This document shows positions 12,918-26,500 of a DNA stretch of 64,000 bases, one piece after another. The notes under the pieces are model-generated. The model was given only the letters and a program-made list of their open reading frames with translations, searched no databases and was not told the DNA's origin. Source of the stretch: Camelus dromedarius (lineage: Eukaryota); contig NC_087436.1 in assembly GCF_036321535.1 (NCBI RefSeq), positions 28,522,001 through 28,586,000 of the forward strand, given 5' to 3'. A program made the position numbers and the translations under genes. Each line of letters starts with the position of its first letter. Position 1 is the first letter of the stretch.

Positions 12918-13269
12918 AAAGTGATCTGCTTAACTCTTTTCTGTCTATTGTCTCACGTTTTTACTGAACAGAAACAGAGAAAAAGGTGCTATATTGTGAA
13001 CCCCCCAAATTCTAAACTGATTCTCATCATAGTCTCTAAGTCATAATCCTTGACGTTGAAACCTAGATTCCTGCATCAAATCACATTCCTACAGCTTGCC
13101 CGCGTCCTGGTGTCACATCCAGGGACTCCGTGATGCTTTCAGAGTAGCACAGAGACGTTCACAGAGAATTTTCACAGAGAAGCACAGAGCTCCTTGTACT
13201 TCTGCCTGTATCCTCTGATACTGTCTTCTGTCCAATTGTAAGAATATTTGTCAGTAAACCATTAATTTT

Positions 13270-14437
13270 TTCTTGGGATATTGCTACTTCTCTGCAACCT
13301 TTTCTCTTGAGATATGTGCCTCAACATTTCCTGTCTTCTAGCAACTCTTGCTCTGTCTCCTTGGCTAGGTCCTCTTCTTCCATCCACCTCTAAATAGAAG
13401 AGTTCCTTAATTCTCTGCTCTGAGATTTCTTCCCTTCTCCTTGCCTTCTCATTTTAGATTGTTTAAGTGATCTCTTTGTAAGGGTGAACCAGATGTGTAT
13501 CCCAGAGCCGATCACTTCTTTGAGTTCCATACTAACTTGTCCACCTTTCACATCTGGAATAGAATATGTCTTAAGAAGTTTAAACTTAGACCCAAAGCCA
13601 AATTCTTGATTTCCTTTCCATTCAAATTAATTTCTTTCTCTATTTTTCTTACCAACTTTAATACTATTACCATTCACCTTAAGAGGAAGTTTGGGAGTCA
13701 TCCTTAACCCTGCTCTTTCTTTTACTTAATTACATCCATCATCAGATTCCATAAAATTGTCTCACCTAATTTCTCATATTCATTTACTTATTTTTCACTG
13801 TTACTGCCATGACCTTAGAGACAAAGGTGTATTTCTCACCAGAACACTAAAATAACTTTCAGGCTGGTCTGCAGTCCTACCAAGTTTGTGAAACTGTTTC
13901 AATAGCTTCTTAGTTGCACTTATAATAATATCTAACACCTTTAAATATGATTTAGAAGGTCTTGCATAATCTATCACATGCATCCGTTTCATTTTAAAAC
14001 AGTCTTACTGTACAATTTATTCTAAACACATTGTTCTTTTAATTCCCAAGATAAGTAAGCTCTTTCCTGGATCAGGCCTTTAATAAACATAATTCACTCT
14101 TCCTGGGAGTATTTTCCTCAAATATTTGCATTTCTGGCTTCTTCTTATCCTCAGGGCTTGTCTAAATGTCAGCTCCTCAGAGGGGCTTTCCCATACTATT
14201 GATCCAGAAAAGGCACCCCATGGCGTTGTGCATTGGAGACTTTCTTTCATTGTTATCACCACCATATCCAATGACATTTATCTTTTGTTTATCACTTTGT
14301 TTCTTCACCTGTTAGCCTGTAAACTCTAAACACTTGGGGTTGAGTCTGCCTTGCTGATTCCCACGTACTCTAGTACAGCACACTGTTTGGCATACAGTAG
14401 ACTCTTGAAAAGTATTTGTTACATGACTTAACAAATG
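13270..14437 (+). mobile_element. L2 LINE 3' portion
   Basis: aaatgtcagctcctcagagggg...tttggcatacagtagactcttgaaaagtatttgtt is a typical L2 3' end. Confidence 0.75.
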
Positions 14438-14653
14438 TATTCAGGCATGAGGCCTAATGAACTTTCATGAAAATGTTTAAATGTGTTTATGTATGTACAT
14501 GAGTGTAAAAAAGAATTATCCTGACAGCTCGTCAAATGATTATATCTACTAGTCAAGTGGCTTGGTACTTTAAGTTCCTTGACTAGTTAGACTATTTTTA
14601 GCATATACACACCTCTTAAGTGTGACTAGTTGAATATTCCACAATGCAGAGTG

Positions 14654-15032
14654 CAGATAGCCCTCACTTTTTTACACTTTACTTTATTGTGATTTGCAGA
14701 TACTGTATCTTTCACAAAGTGAACATTTGTGTCAACCCTGTGTTGAGCAAGTCTGTTGGAGCCATCTTTCCAATAGCATTTTCTCATTTCATGTCTCCAT
14801 CATATTTTGGTAATTTTCACAGTATTTCAAACATTTTTGTTATTATCTCATTTGGTATGGTGATCTGTGATCAGTAATCTTTAATGGCACTATATTAATT
14901 GTTTTGGGGTTCCACAAACTGCAGCCATGTAAGAGTATGTTCTGACTGCTCCACTGAATGGGTGTACCCTCATCTCTCTCCCTCTGTCTATTCCCTGAGA
15001 AATAACAGTATTGAAATTAAGCCAATTAATAA
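14654..15032 (+). mobile_element. Tigger1 DNA transposon, 5' fragment
   Basis: caaccctgtgttgagcaagtctgttggagccatctttccaatagca...ggtgatctgtgatcagt...tattgaaattaagccaattaataa matches the recalled Tigger1 5' consensus. Confidence 0.9.
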
Positions 15033-16344
15033 GTTGGTTTTGACTAAGGTGGGAGAGAAGGGAGGAAGAGAGAAGGGAAGAAGAAGAAAAAAGCAGCATC
15101 AAAGGAGGAGGAGAAACACAGATGAACACTGACCTCCAGGATGCTCTTTCCTGCTTTTCTTTCTTGTCACAGTGGTCCATGCATTTCCTTCTCAGTGATT
15201 ACTTCAATACTTGTCCGTCCAAAATATAACTCTTTTAAGAGAGAAGAAATTGATTATATGAACTATACTTATTAAGATTACGTGCTTAAAATAGTTTCCT
15301 TCAGTTAGGAAAATTTGATTCCAAAAAGTATTCATAAATGTGTCTTTATTTCTAATAATAGGATCAAAGAAAGAGTTTCTTGACAATATTAATTTAACTT
15401 TGTTTTTCAAGCTTTCTGTTAACTTAATGAGAAAAACCCTTGTGTTTTGAACAGTGAAATCCCACATGATTTTTTTTTTAATAAGGCCATTTGATTCAAC
15501 AGGACTTCAAAGATGAGTGGGTAAAGATGTAAATTAATTTAATTTAATGGATAAGCCACCAAAAGGCTGATTAAGAGCTAGTTATTGACACTTCTTTAGC
15601 TGATTGCAAGATACAGCCAATAACAAGGGGTGAAAGGGAAACACAGAGACAACAGGGTTTTGTTTTTGTTTTTTTGCAAGACTCTTGAAAATAAAAAGGG
15701 AGTGTAAATGGTCACATTTATTTTAACAGAGTCATTTTGAATAGGGTGTTAATAATTAAACATTTGTGCCTAAAAATACAGGCATAATACCAATGCTAAG
15801 GCATGTTAATCAAATATGCGTCCCAGAAACGGCAGCAGTTCCTTTGATGAGCTTTTGCTGGTGCTTTGCAAGGCAAAAGGCATCCTCTTGATATCCTTGA
15901 ATTTGATTGCCTTTTACAAAAGGTAATTGTTCCCTGTCATTTTAAGTGAAATTGGGACTTAATTTCATAATTTAAATTTATTAGAGAAACCACATATTGT
16001 ATCTGCATAAAAATAAATATATGTAAAATGTACGTATATATTCATAACATGTTTAAAATATATAACAGAGACTTGTTAGTAATTGCAATAAAGCTTTAGA
16101 GTCTAAGGTGTTTGATCTTAAATACCATCCAAATCCATGAATTAGCTCTTTGACTGATACTTGAAAATTTAACACCAGTGCATTTTTGAATTATAATGAA
16201 TTATGATGAGCATCAGGTGGGCATACTACTTTCAGTTATTGTGATTCTTTCTATTCATTATGAGGCAACTTTAAAAAACTGTCTTTCAAAGCCCATCCCT
16301 CTCTTTTTTTTTTTTGATTAGGGAACTTTGGAGTGCAGGCAGTA

Positions 16345-16500
16345 TTCTTTTTCTTTTTCTTTTTTTTTTTAATTGAAGTATAGTCAGTTACAATGTGCCA
16401 GTTTCTGGTGTACAGCACAATGTCCCAGTCATGCATATATATACACATATTCATTTTCATATTCTTTTTCATTAAAGGTTATTATAAGATATTGAATATA
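16345..16500 (-). mobile_element. Young 5'-truncated camelid-type L1 3' end with poly(A) tail
   Basis: T-rich tail followed by aattgaagtatagtcagttacaatgtg...tacagcacaatgtcccagtcatgcatatatatac. Confidence 0.85.
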
Positions 16501-17440
16501 AATCTTTCTTTCAATTGTCCCAAAGTATTATCAAAGTACTGCTTAGCTTTGGGTAATATATCACAAGTAGACTGAAAGAAATTTGTGAACTTTTGGATTT
16601 AATTTTTCATGATGTTCCATAAGCCTGATTATCTTTCTTTCTCTATCACTGATTCGGCCAATCAGTCTTTCTTTTGCTTCTTCTTTTTTTTTTTTTTTTT
16701 TGCTTTTCTTATTGATATCACTTGTAGTATTACACTGGTACTAATCTTCTTAATGTTTGTGCTTGTCATGAGAACAATAGTTACCCCAGTTTGCATTGTT
16801 GGGCATAGAAAAAAAGAACGGGCAGGGAAGTTTTGAGTTGGACACAGTTTGGCCCAGTTTTTGGCCTTTTTCTGCATTCTATCCAAACCCTGTTCTCATT
16901 CTCTACTCTGCGGAGCAACAAGATTAACCACCTCCCTTACTACTTGCTTCCTTGATTATTGTGTTCTCAAAGCTAAGTCAATTAAAACTTCATTTTTATA
17001 ACATGTATGTCATAGAATATATATGTAGTATAATAACTACACACAAAAATGTTACAATTTAGGGAAACAGATTAAACAAAAGTAATAATAAATCAGATCT
17101 CACATGTGAATCATCTCTCCTCACCCCAAAACCAAACATTACCAGTATTGTAGACTCCCCTATGCTTTCTGCCCTTGTCTCATTCCCTCTCTACCACCTT
17201 GAGGTAAAACCTGTCCTTAAACTGAGGAACAATTCCTCGATATTCTTTTCAAATATTTCTATCAACTATGTATGTTTCCTTAGAGTATACATTGTTTAAT
17301 TGTCCATATTTTTAATTTTATTTAAAAGTAAGCTTATGGCATATATTCTTCTGTGATTTGCTTCTTTCACTTACCACTAAGTGTTGTAATGCAACCACGT
17401 CAATGTGTGTAGCCCTGGTAGATGTCCTTTCACTGAAACT

Positions 17441-18918
17441 CTGTTTAATGACTGGCCCCTGTTCTTTAATCCCTCCTGTATCCACACTCCTGCTAAGGCT
17501 TCATCATGAACAAGTACACTCCCCTATGCATTGATTGTGGGCATGTTGATATGTTGTGGCTTTGAACTGAAAAAAAATTTAAAATAGGTGGCACTGGACT
17601 TGCAGAACTAGTCAAAGCCAAAACCATCGCAACTTTTTCTTAAAAACTTAAAAAAAAAATCTGGTGACAACTTGTTATCATTTCAAATGGAAATAGACTT
17701 CAAGAGAAATTGACAGCATAGACATACAGAATCCTAATGTGTTCCAAGAATTTCTACTTGACTCCAGAGAGAGGCATATCTTAACAAGAATTGTGCATAT
17801 GACTTTTGGCACACTAACTTGATTAGAACCAAATATCTAGAAAGCCCAAAATGTTTTTTAGAGAAATCCACATTGGTGGAAGCATTTGACACCTGAACTA
17901 AACAGAACTGAGGTACTAAGTTATGTGAGAGGACACCTGAGCCCTCAGCTTTCTACAGGCAGAGAGCAGAGTGGGCAAAAAGCATATATTTCAAAGTCTT
18001 CTTAAGAAATGGCAAAGGAGAATAAAAGGAAAAAAGGAAGAAACTCCCAAAGAGCAAAGACCAGAGCATGGGAGAAAAGTGGTTGAAGCCACCCCCAGTT
18101 TGCAGAATGGAAGGCTAAACAAGGTACTTTTCCTACTCTAAGGGTACTCAGAGAGATTTCCCAGTGGAATTCAGAATTTCTATGGACTAAAGATTATCCC
18201 ATGATTCTCATTCTACCTTTTTTTTTTTTAAATTACAGTGCTTATTGTGATTTTCCTTGTCATTGTTTGACAATTGAAGACTGGTTGTGCACAGAGCAGA
18301 TAACTTTTTAATTCACAGGCCTCTGGATCCAGAAACTTCACTCAGACCTGAGGGTCTAATGTATTTAATGAGATCCTGGTGTCAGGATTAGGTGAGGCTT
18401 ACCAGGTCCTAAAATGAGGGTGACTGCATTTTGCATGTGGGACGGTTATGGGTAATTGTGGCTAAGAGGGAAGCCTATGGTAAATTGAACTATTAGCCAC
18501 AATTCTTTAGCTGTCACACTTACAATCTTGGCACTGCCTCGGGGTGGAGGACATGGTGGGGTGTTCTTCCTGGGCCCATGACTTGGAGCTTGGTTATGTG
18601 ATTTGCTAGGGCAAATTTGCTGTGGCAGAAGTGAAAGTGCCAGTTCCAAGTCCAAGTCTTAAAAGAACTTTGCATTTTCCAGCTTGTCCTCATGTGCTTC
18701 TGCCATCACTAATAGTGCTGCTCCTCCTGGAGTTGCACTCCAGAACAGACCAGAAACATCTAGACTTGAACCTTGAGAGAGGGTTACCCGCCACAGTCAA
18801 GCCCAGCCGAGATCAGCCAACTCTCAGGCCACCCCCAGATAAAGATCCGTCCTGCTGACCCGTGAGAAATAAATGCTTTTTCTTGCATTCCAATGTTGTT
18901 TTGTAGATAGTGGTTTTG
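17441..18918 (+). mobile_element. MLT1G/H-type MaLR with partial 5' LTR, internal region and 3' LTR (~18477-18918)
   Basis: Internal 3' signature cattttgcatgtgggac...ctaagagggaagcct directly precedes the LTR start tggtaaattgaactattagccacaattcttt. LTR ends aataaatgc...aactgattca. Confidence 0.6.
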
Positions 18919-19024
18919 TACAACACTTAACTGATTCAGAAGTATAGTATATTACCTCATTAACATACCGTAATTTAGTTGTCTTAATGGTAGACATTTA
19001 GGTTCTCTCCAGTTTTGGCAGTTA

Positions 19025-19645
19025 TTAGGTTATCAATCTTCAACTCCAAACGTATAACTCTACACCCTACTATGTGATTCTGGGGCTTCTGAAAATCACA
19101 TTTCTATGTTGTTAGCTTACTTCCAGTTAGGTTCCATGAATGGGGCGGGGGGTGTTCTGGGGACACTACAAGGCTGGAGGAGGAAGAATAGTCTTACGTT
19201 TTCTTATTTGCTTCCTGTTGCTTCTGTCTGCTTCCTTGAGAATCATCCTAGAAAAAATTTAGCAATAGCAGTTCCTTCCTATAGCAATAGCTAGATCAGT
19301 TTGCTAATTTTACAAAAATTTGCAAAACTTCCTTGTTTTGCCTCAGAGAGACACTGGTAACTGGTGCCTTTGACTCAGGGGTCTAGAGCCAAGCCCACCA
19401 CTCTCTTCTCAGAGGCCTCGGCTCTGTTTCAGCTCTGCAGGGTTTTCTCCCTAAGCTTTTGAGTCTCAATACTTCAATCTTTTTCATTGTTCCCCTTAAT
19501 CCTAGGTTATTAGTTGCTCCCTACAGTTGTACCCATGTGAAAGCTTCCTGTTCTCTTTCTGCCTTTTCTGATACCTACTTTAAAAAAATTACACCTAGTT
19601 AACAATTTTTTTGTATTTAATTCTCTCTGTGAAGACAAGATTCCT
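19025..19645 (+). mobile_element. LTR33-type ERVL LTR
   Basis: caactccaaa...tgtgattctggggct...cacatttct...gttaggttcc...aaggctggaggaggaagaa matches the recalled LTR33 consensus. Confidence 0.7.
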
Positions 19646-22600
19646 AACAATTTTTTAAAGACTGTTACGAACATGTTTAAGCATTATTGTGAATGCACAT
19701 ATGTAAGAGTTTCTCTAGCATCTACGCTTAACAGTGGAACTGGATCCTAGGCTATTCCCATGTTCAACCATAAGGCAACACCTGCTCTCTCCACTACAGG
19801 ACTGTGTTCATTTACACTTCCAACAGCAGGCCCCAGTGCTCACCATTGCCATCAGCACTGGTAGTCTGACATGTTTTCCCTTCTAATAGTTGTAAAATTG
19901 TATCTCATTGTCACTTTAATATGCATTCTTTAGATTACTAGTGAGTTTGAAGATCTTTTTATATACGTGTATACATACATAAAATATATATAATTAAGTG
20001 ATGGTACATTCATGGCAATCACATCTTTGCTCACATCAGCCCACCAAAGAGTTCATCACTGCTGTAGAAGCATCATCAAGGGTGAGTGATTTGCCTAGAC
20101 TTACACACAACACAGCAAATGTGTTGTCAAGACTACTGTAAAAAGAGATGGTAGGTTAGAAGTAAAGCAGCTGTAGGAAAGAAGACTAAGATAAATTGAG
20201 TAGGAATGGAAAAAAAAAATTCCACCCATTTTCCTCAAATGTAAAAGTGCAAAGGAACCTTTGAAAGGCAGGAAAGTAGCTGCCTAATAAGAGTTTTAAA
20301 GCTCTCCTCATTTTACACCCATGGGTAATATCTCTAGAGCTGAGGTCCTGTGGAAAATTGAGGCAATTGTCTTGTTCTTGTCTGTTTTGCTAAACAGCTG
20401 CCTCGCTATCCAGTATTTCTAGAGAAAAAAAAGTATGCCTCAGTGTGCATATGACCACTAGTGAAAATTTCAGAAATGGGTTAGCAGTGAAATTAAGTTC
20501 CTTAAATACTGAGCTAAGATAGGCAAAATCATGATATTAATAGCTCTCCATCTAATTCACTCTGCATAATTAGATTTTGTCCTAATGTTACAAACGTAAA
20601 ACACTTTATTCAAATCAGTGAAGGATGGACGTTAATTACACAGAGTTGTTGTCAGTACTGAAGATACAGACACCAACACAAAATCTCCAAATGTATGTCC
20701 TGTATCCATACAATATTCTTCTAAATCAAAGTACAAATTATGAAAATATGGTTCATATGTGCCTGAGACAGGGTTTTGCTGTGCAGAAAAATTAGTTATT
20801 ACTTCTAACATGATTTTTAATGTATACTAGAAACAAAATGTACAGAGCTTTTGGAGATTTACCACATGCTCAGATGCCAGTGTTTTGGTAATCTATTCAC
20901 AAGTCTTTTTTGAGATGAAAGCCATGTTTTAGAAACCGAGAAGTGTTTGTTTTGATGCAGATGATTAAGCTACCAGGAGAAATTTTTAACTTTTGCCATA
21001 GTGGCAAGAAATGTTATAGTGAAAAGAAAAACACTACTAGCTCTGGAACTTGAATGTTGAAAACAATAAAATAAAAGGAGCTTTCACTGTGACAGGACTT
21101 CTCCATGTCCAAGGTTTACATTCTGTAAATGATGCTGACTCTGAGGGACTAAGCATAGATTCTGAGAGTGAATTGATCTCAGAAACACAGTGATATCATT
21201 TCTTTCATTGATTTGATGTTATGTTGCCTGGGACTGTCTATGCAGTGTCCTCTCTCGTGGCCTCCTTTCCCTTCTAACTCATGCCTTTGGGAAGCTCACC
21301 TGTTTCGTGTTCATACTGTGGTTTACTGTGGTTATCTTTCTTCTCTACCTGACAAACAGATGTGACAATACTCCTTTATTCATTCAGAGAAATCTGTGAC
21401 AGAAGTGGCAGAAACTGTCAGAACAGCTTCTATCAAAATTGGCAATTCTTTATTAAACACAAATATTATCCAATTAACTTTCCACTGGTAGTGTGAGTGC
21501 TGAGTGGTCTCAGGATTTTCCATGGCTTTCTCCTGACAGGGCGAAGATCCCCTCTCAAAAAAGCAGCTTTAGACTTTTGCCCTCATTAGAAAACCAACAA
21601 ACAAAAGTCAGAGTACTTTCCACCAATTATGCATCATTTATTTTAAGCCAATCTAATGTTAGACTTGGGCTAAAAAGTGTGTTTGTTTTTAAATCCTGGC
21701 CAGTTTAACTATATGATGACCACATTCACTTTTGATTTCCTTTTTGAAAACTAAACTGTGCTCAAAGCAGTTCATTATCATTCTTTTATGTTTCTGTTGG
21801 ATCAGAGTTGACATGGGAGCTTCAGAACTTCAGTTGGGAAAAAAGATTAAAAACTGGCATAGGCTGTGATTGAATTAGCTGATTATTTAGTTGCTGTGTC
21901 TAATTACTTTGCACATATAACACAGAAAATAGTATGAGTTTAACATAAAAATGACATAGTTTTGTCACATGGCCACAGTCACTGTATGTGCAAAATGGAG
22001 GCTAATGTCTCTGTAGCTCCAGTATTTGTGTACATGAGTATATATACACACACCCATGTAGATCCTGTGTGTGTGTGTACTCTCTACAAGTGTGCCTGTA
22101 GTCACGGTTTCTCTTATATAAACCATTTATATTTTATAAAGTACCTGCATACATTTAGTATCTTATCTGGATAATCTTGTGAAGTAGGTTTGCCACATCC
22201 TAATACTCACTTTCTACATGAGCAACAAGACCTATAACTAATTTAAGTAACTTTCAAGTGTCTTAACCCTAAGCCCATACTTCCTTGTACACCTGTCTAA
22301 AAATACCATGATCTTTCTTAAAGACATTATTTATCTGCAATGGTTTCCTCCATAGCCAAAGGATAATGTTAAAAAATTAACATACTGTAAGCTATTTATA
22401 ATTCACTTGGAAACTTAAGAGTTAAAACAATTATTTATATAATAATGAAGGAGAGTATGTCTTACAAAAGATACCTGCTCTAATTAGATGCTGAAATTAT
22501 TTTAATAGAAGAGAATGCATTTTAAAGTAATTTCCCATCTGATTTAGAACTATTTTAAGAGGAGAAGTGGGATGTTGCATATTTTAGTACTTTATGTAGC

Positions 22601-25600
22601 TTCATTAATTAGAGTTCAAATAAATTTGGCTTTTTGGGTGATTAGTCATCTTCAAGAATGTTTTTATTAGAAATCATTCTTAATATAATTTACTGTAGCT
22701 GCTTATCGACAGCCAAGTTTACAACCCTTGAGATTAAATATGAGAAATATGAAATATTGTAACATATTCCCTATAAACTGAGGCTATTTCTGCAACATAC
22801 AGAAATAACAAATAATTCAATTGTAATTAATCAAGTGCTTTAATCAAAACCATTGCTACCTATATGATCAATGAGCTTTTAAGAGAAAACGCAATTACTA
22901 TAAGACTGGTGCAGTATTTGTATGCACAGTACTTTGCCCATCAAGAAAATAATATTCTTCATCCATTCATTTTGTAGTTTCTACCATATGGATATACAGT
23001 AGCACTGAAATAGTATCATATGAAAAACTGGGTTACCTAAAGAGGCAATTTTCTAAAGAAAATATATTTTTCTCTATTATGTTTTATTTTTTGCATTAAA
23101 ATCCTGAGTTTAAAATTCATTTAAGTTTACAACATAATTTAATTTATTTATTTTCAAATAAAGTATAAAAAAGTGGTCATTCTGGTGTGAAGTGTAAATA
23201 TTACTAAAAATTTTTTTTTAATTTGTCTGCTTCTCAGATATTTTAGTTTGATCACCAATTTACAGCAGGAGAAATGTGAATTAAAAAGAATAATTATTTA
23301 GCTGTAGATGGTAGTGATTTTAAAATTTTCATCAGAGTTTACTGAGATAATGGATAATAGAAAATTATATATTCTGCATATTTGAATCCATACTCAAAAT
23401 TCAATTCTACCCTAATGCATAGTACCAAAGGTATATATAGCCTATTTGTGAATAGCTCATTTAGTTACTTACGGTTTTTATAAATGTAATTGATTATGTA
23501 CAAAATGTATTGAAACATCCTTAATCCATCCTCCAAATAGTTCAACATCAGATGGGAAATTACTTCCAAATGCATTCTCCATCATTAAAATACAAAAGCC
23601 CTGCTTGAACTCAGACATATCTTTTATCCTTTCTCTCGTGGGCATTTTTTACACAAAAGTGACCCAGACAAATTTGGACTGTAGGTATGGTGTGATGATG
23701 TTGGTCATATCAGCATCGGGTTAAGTCATACAACTGCAGAGACAGAAATGTCATGATTTTCAAAAGAAGACATGATGGAACCAAGATTGGAGATCTTGAT
23801 ACAATTACCATCAAAATCAATTCAATGATTTTATTATTAGAGGGAAAAAAGGGAGAGGAATGAAGGGAAAAAAAGGGATTGAATAATATTTGTGTATGTA
23901 GTTTTCCTTATTTAATTTTATTTGTAGGAAAATAATGACTTCTTGAATTAAGAAATTAACTAAAAACTTCATCTCAGCAAAAGCTGACATAAGGTACTCA
24001 GTGTGCAGCCATTATGTAATGTGTCCATGTCTACTTTGTCACTCATGGTTCCGTAAACAAATGACTGTGTAGAGAGCTGTGATACCTAGTGAGCAAGTCC
24101 TCACTTTGACTTGCCTTGGTTCTCCAATTCCTATTGCTCTATATTCTGCATTGTGTACTCTTAAAATGTCTTTATTGATTATAAAAATGATATCAAAAAT
24201 TGGCTTATTTTGTTAATGCCAGAGAAAAATAAGAAAAATTTTAAAATTACCCTTAATATCACCACGTGAAGTCACCATTTGCTAAATTGTGGTACATTTA
24301 CGTATTTTTTAACAACTTATAATTTTGCCTAAGTTTCTGCAAATATAACTTGGGATTTGGGGGGGGGGGGTTGTTTGTTTTTTGGTAGTAAATAACAGTA
24401 ACCAAATCTGATTAAGAATGAGAAAAAATACAGAACTCTTTAAAAACTATCTGGATGGTTACAGAATCAATTGTCACAATTGAAGATAGGAAATAAAAAA
24501 CAAAAAAATTAATTTTAAGGTACTGGTGCTTGTATGAAAATATTCTGTTTTATTCCACTCTGCTTCATTATGTTCAAAATTCAAAATCTTTGTAAAGAGA
24601 GATTACCTGGCTGACTCTAGTCAAATGGATTCACCATGACTCACTGGTGAGCCAGGGCTGCAAGAACTCCAAACACATTCAAAACTCTGGGCTGGATACT
24701 TCATACTGTTTTACAAGATGAGCTATTTAGTTGAATACATGACTTTCAAATTTATCAGCGCTCATTGTGACTATGGATAATATAAACGAGATATTATTTG
24801 TATCTTCTGCTATATTCAAAATTAACCATTTTCTAGTATATGATTACAAAGATATTGGCCATATGTAAGATGCAGAAAATTGTGAAAAAAAATCAAGCAG
24901 GGCATTTGTAAGAAGAGAGGGCATACGGTAACATATTTAGTTTTTCAATTGGTTTTGTTTTATAATTTTATTCAGCATTAAAATGTTAGCTTTGCAATGT
25001 GTTATTGAACATTCTTTGGAATTGTAGTTTTAATGATGGTACACTTGTACCTCACAAGTATACCTGTTGCTCTACATTGATGCTTCTTCATTCACTCACT
25101 GATTGTAAAAATGCGCACACTGAGTGCCAGAAATTGAAAACTTGAAAAGGCAAATCATATATTTCTTTTTCTTTATCCTAAGTAAGACAACCCCTCCCCC
25201 AGTCATAGTATTGCTGGAATTGGGATGTAGCATGAGTTTGATATATACCTTACTTCCATTTAGTTATAGCTACAATTGGTCTCACAATCAGTGACATATT
25301 AGAACTGATAAAATACAGTGTAGAACCATCGGGCTCTAAGTATTTAGGTCATCTCTGAACTGAAAAGGAAGAGCTGGAGAGGCTTATTCAACATAAAGTA
25401 GGTTAATAATGTGAAGGCTAGAAATCAGACTTGTTCAAAAACTAAAATAAACAGAGATCTACTTCATCCATCCCAGTGTGCAGCTGGGAGGCATCCTGTG
25501 CCCTCTGCTAGAGTAGTGCCAGATTTGTCTTGATTGAATAATAAGGATTTGCACCAGAGCCCAGGGGGTTAAGAGATTATTAAACCCCTACCCTGTGGTA

Positions 25601-25874
25601 TCACTGGAGGCCACATGGGGGTTGGGGGGCAATAGTGAGGTATTCCTGTCCCTTCTGGTCAAAGAAGCACATTGAAGGTCTGGCTGAGAGCCAGAATGGC
25701 CACTCCTATCTGGCAATAATGAGGATCCTCATCACTGGGGACCAAGGAGGTGAAATGAGGAATTTGGGCTTTTACTACAAGAGCAGTTCAGAAGATACCA
25801 GCTAAAACAAAGGTTTAAATAAGACTCAGAGTATAGTAACTTAATATCCAAATTTCAATTAAAAAACGTCCTAT

Positions 25875-26213
25875 TAACAGGGAATAGATTGGTTGTTGCC
25901 AGAGGCAGGGGTGAGTTGGGCAGAATGGGTGAAGGAGGTCAAAAGGTATAAACTTGCAGTTATGAAAAAAGTAAATCATGAGGATGTAATGTGTAACATG
26001 GTGACTATTGTTAATAATACTGTATTGCATAGTGAAAAGTTGCTAAGAGAGTAGATGTTTAAAGTTCTTATCATAAGAAAAAATTCTATAACTGTATATG
26101 GTGATGGATGTTAACTAGCTTACTGTGGTGAACATTTTGCAATATATACACTACAAATCATTATGTAGTACATCTGAAACTAATATTATATGTCAGTTAT
26201 ACCTCAATAAAAA
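25875..26213 (+). mobile_element. L1MA9-like 3' end nested in L1MC
   Basis: ggttgttgccagaggcagggg...ggtcaaaaggtataaacttgcagttat...atgtcagttatacctcaataaaaaa. Confidence 0.85.
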
Positions 26214-26477
26214 ATTACAAATCATACAAGAACCAAGGTAATCTAAAACTAAATGAAAAAAGCCAATCAATAGATTTAAACTTAAGAGGACAGACATAAC
26301 ATAACATAATAGAATTGTCTTACAAAGATTTTGAAGAAGTTATTATAAAAGTGCTACAGTGAGCAATTACAAACATGATTGAAACAAATGAAAAATAGAA
26401 GGTCACAGTGAAGAAAAAGAAAGCATATCAATGAAATAGAAGAGCCAAATGCAAGTTTTAAAACTGGAAAACACAAT

Positions 26478-26500
26478 AACAACAACAACAACAACAACAA
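26478..26500. repeat. (AAC)n microsatellite
   Basis: Directly visible. Confidence 0.85.

Larger units (their letters stand above)
16990..19980 (-). mobile_element. L1ME 3' region split by two LTR insertions (L1 pieces ~16990-17435, ~18920-19025, ~19660-19980)
   Basis: Collinear antisense L1ME motifs: ttctgtgatttgcttctttcact; ggtagacatttaggttctctccagttttgg; gtatctcattgtcactttaatatgcattctttagattactagtgag. Confidence 0.65.

Noticed and set aside
13140..13190. Four to five spaced copies of cacagag
   Set aside because: Degenerate short tandem duplication. Repeats and spacers are far too short for a CRISPR-like array, and the DNA is eukaryotic.
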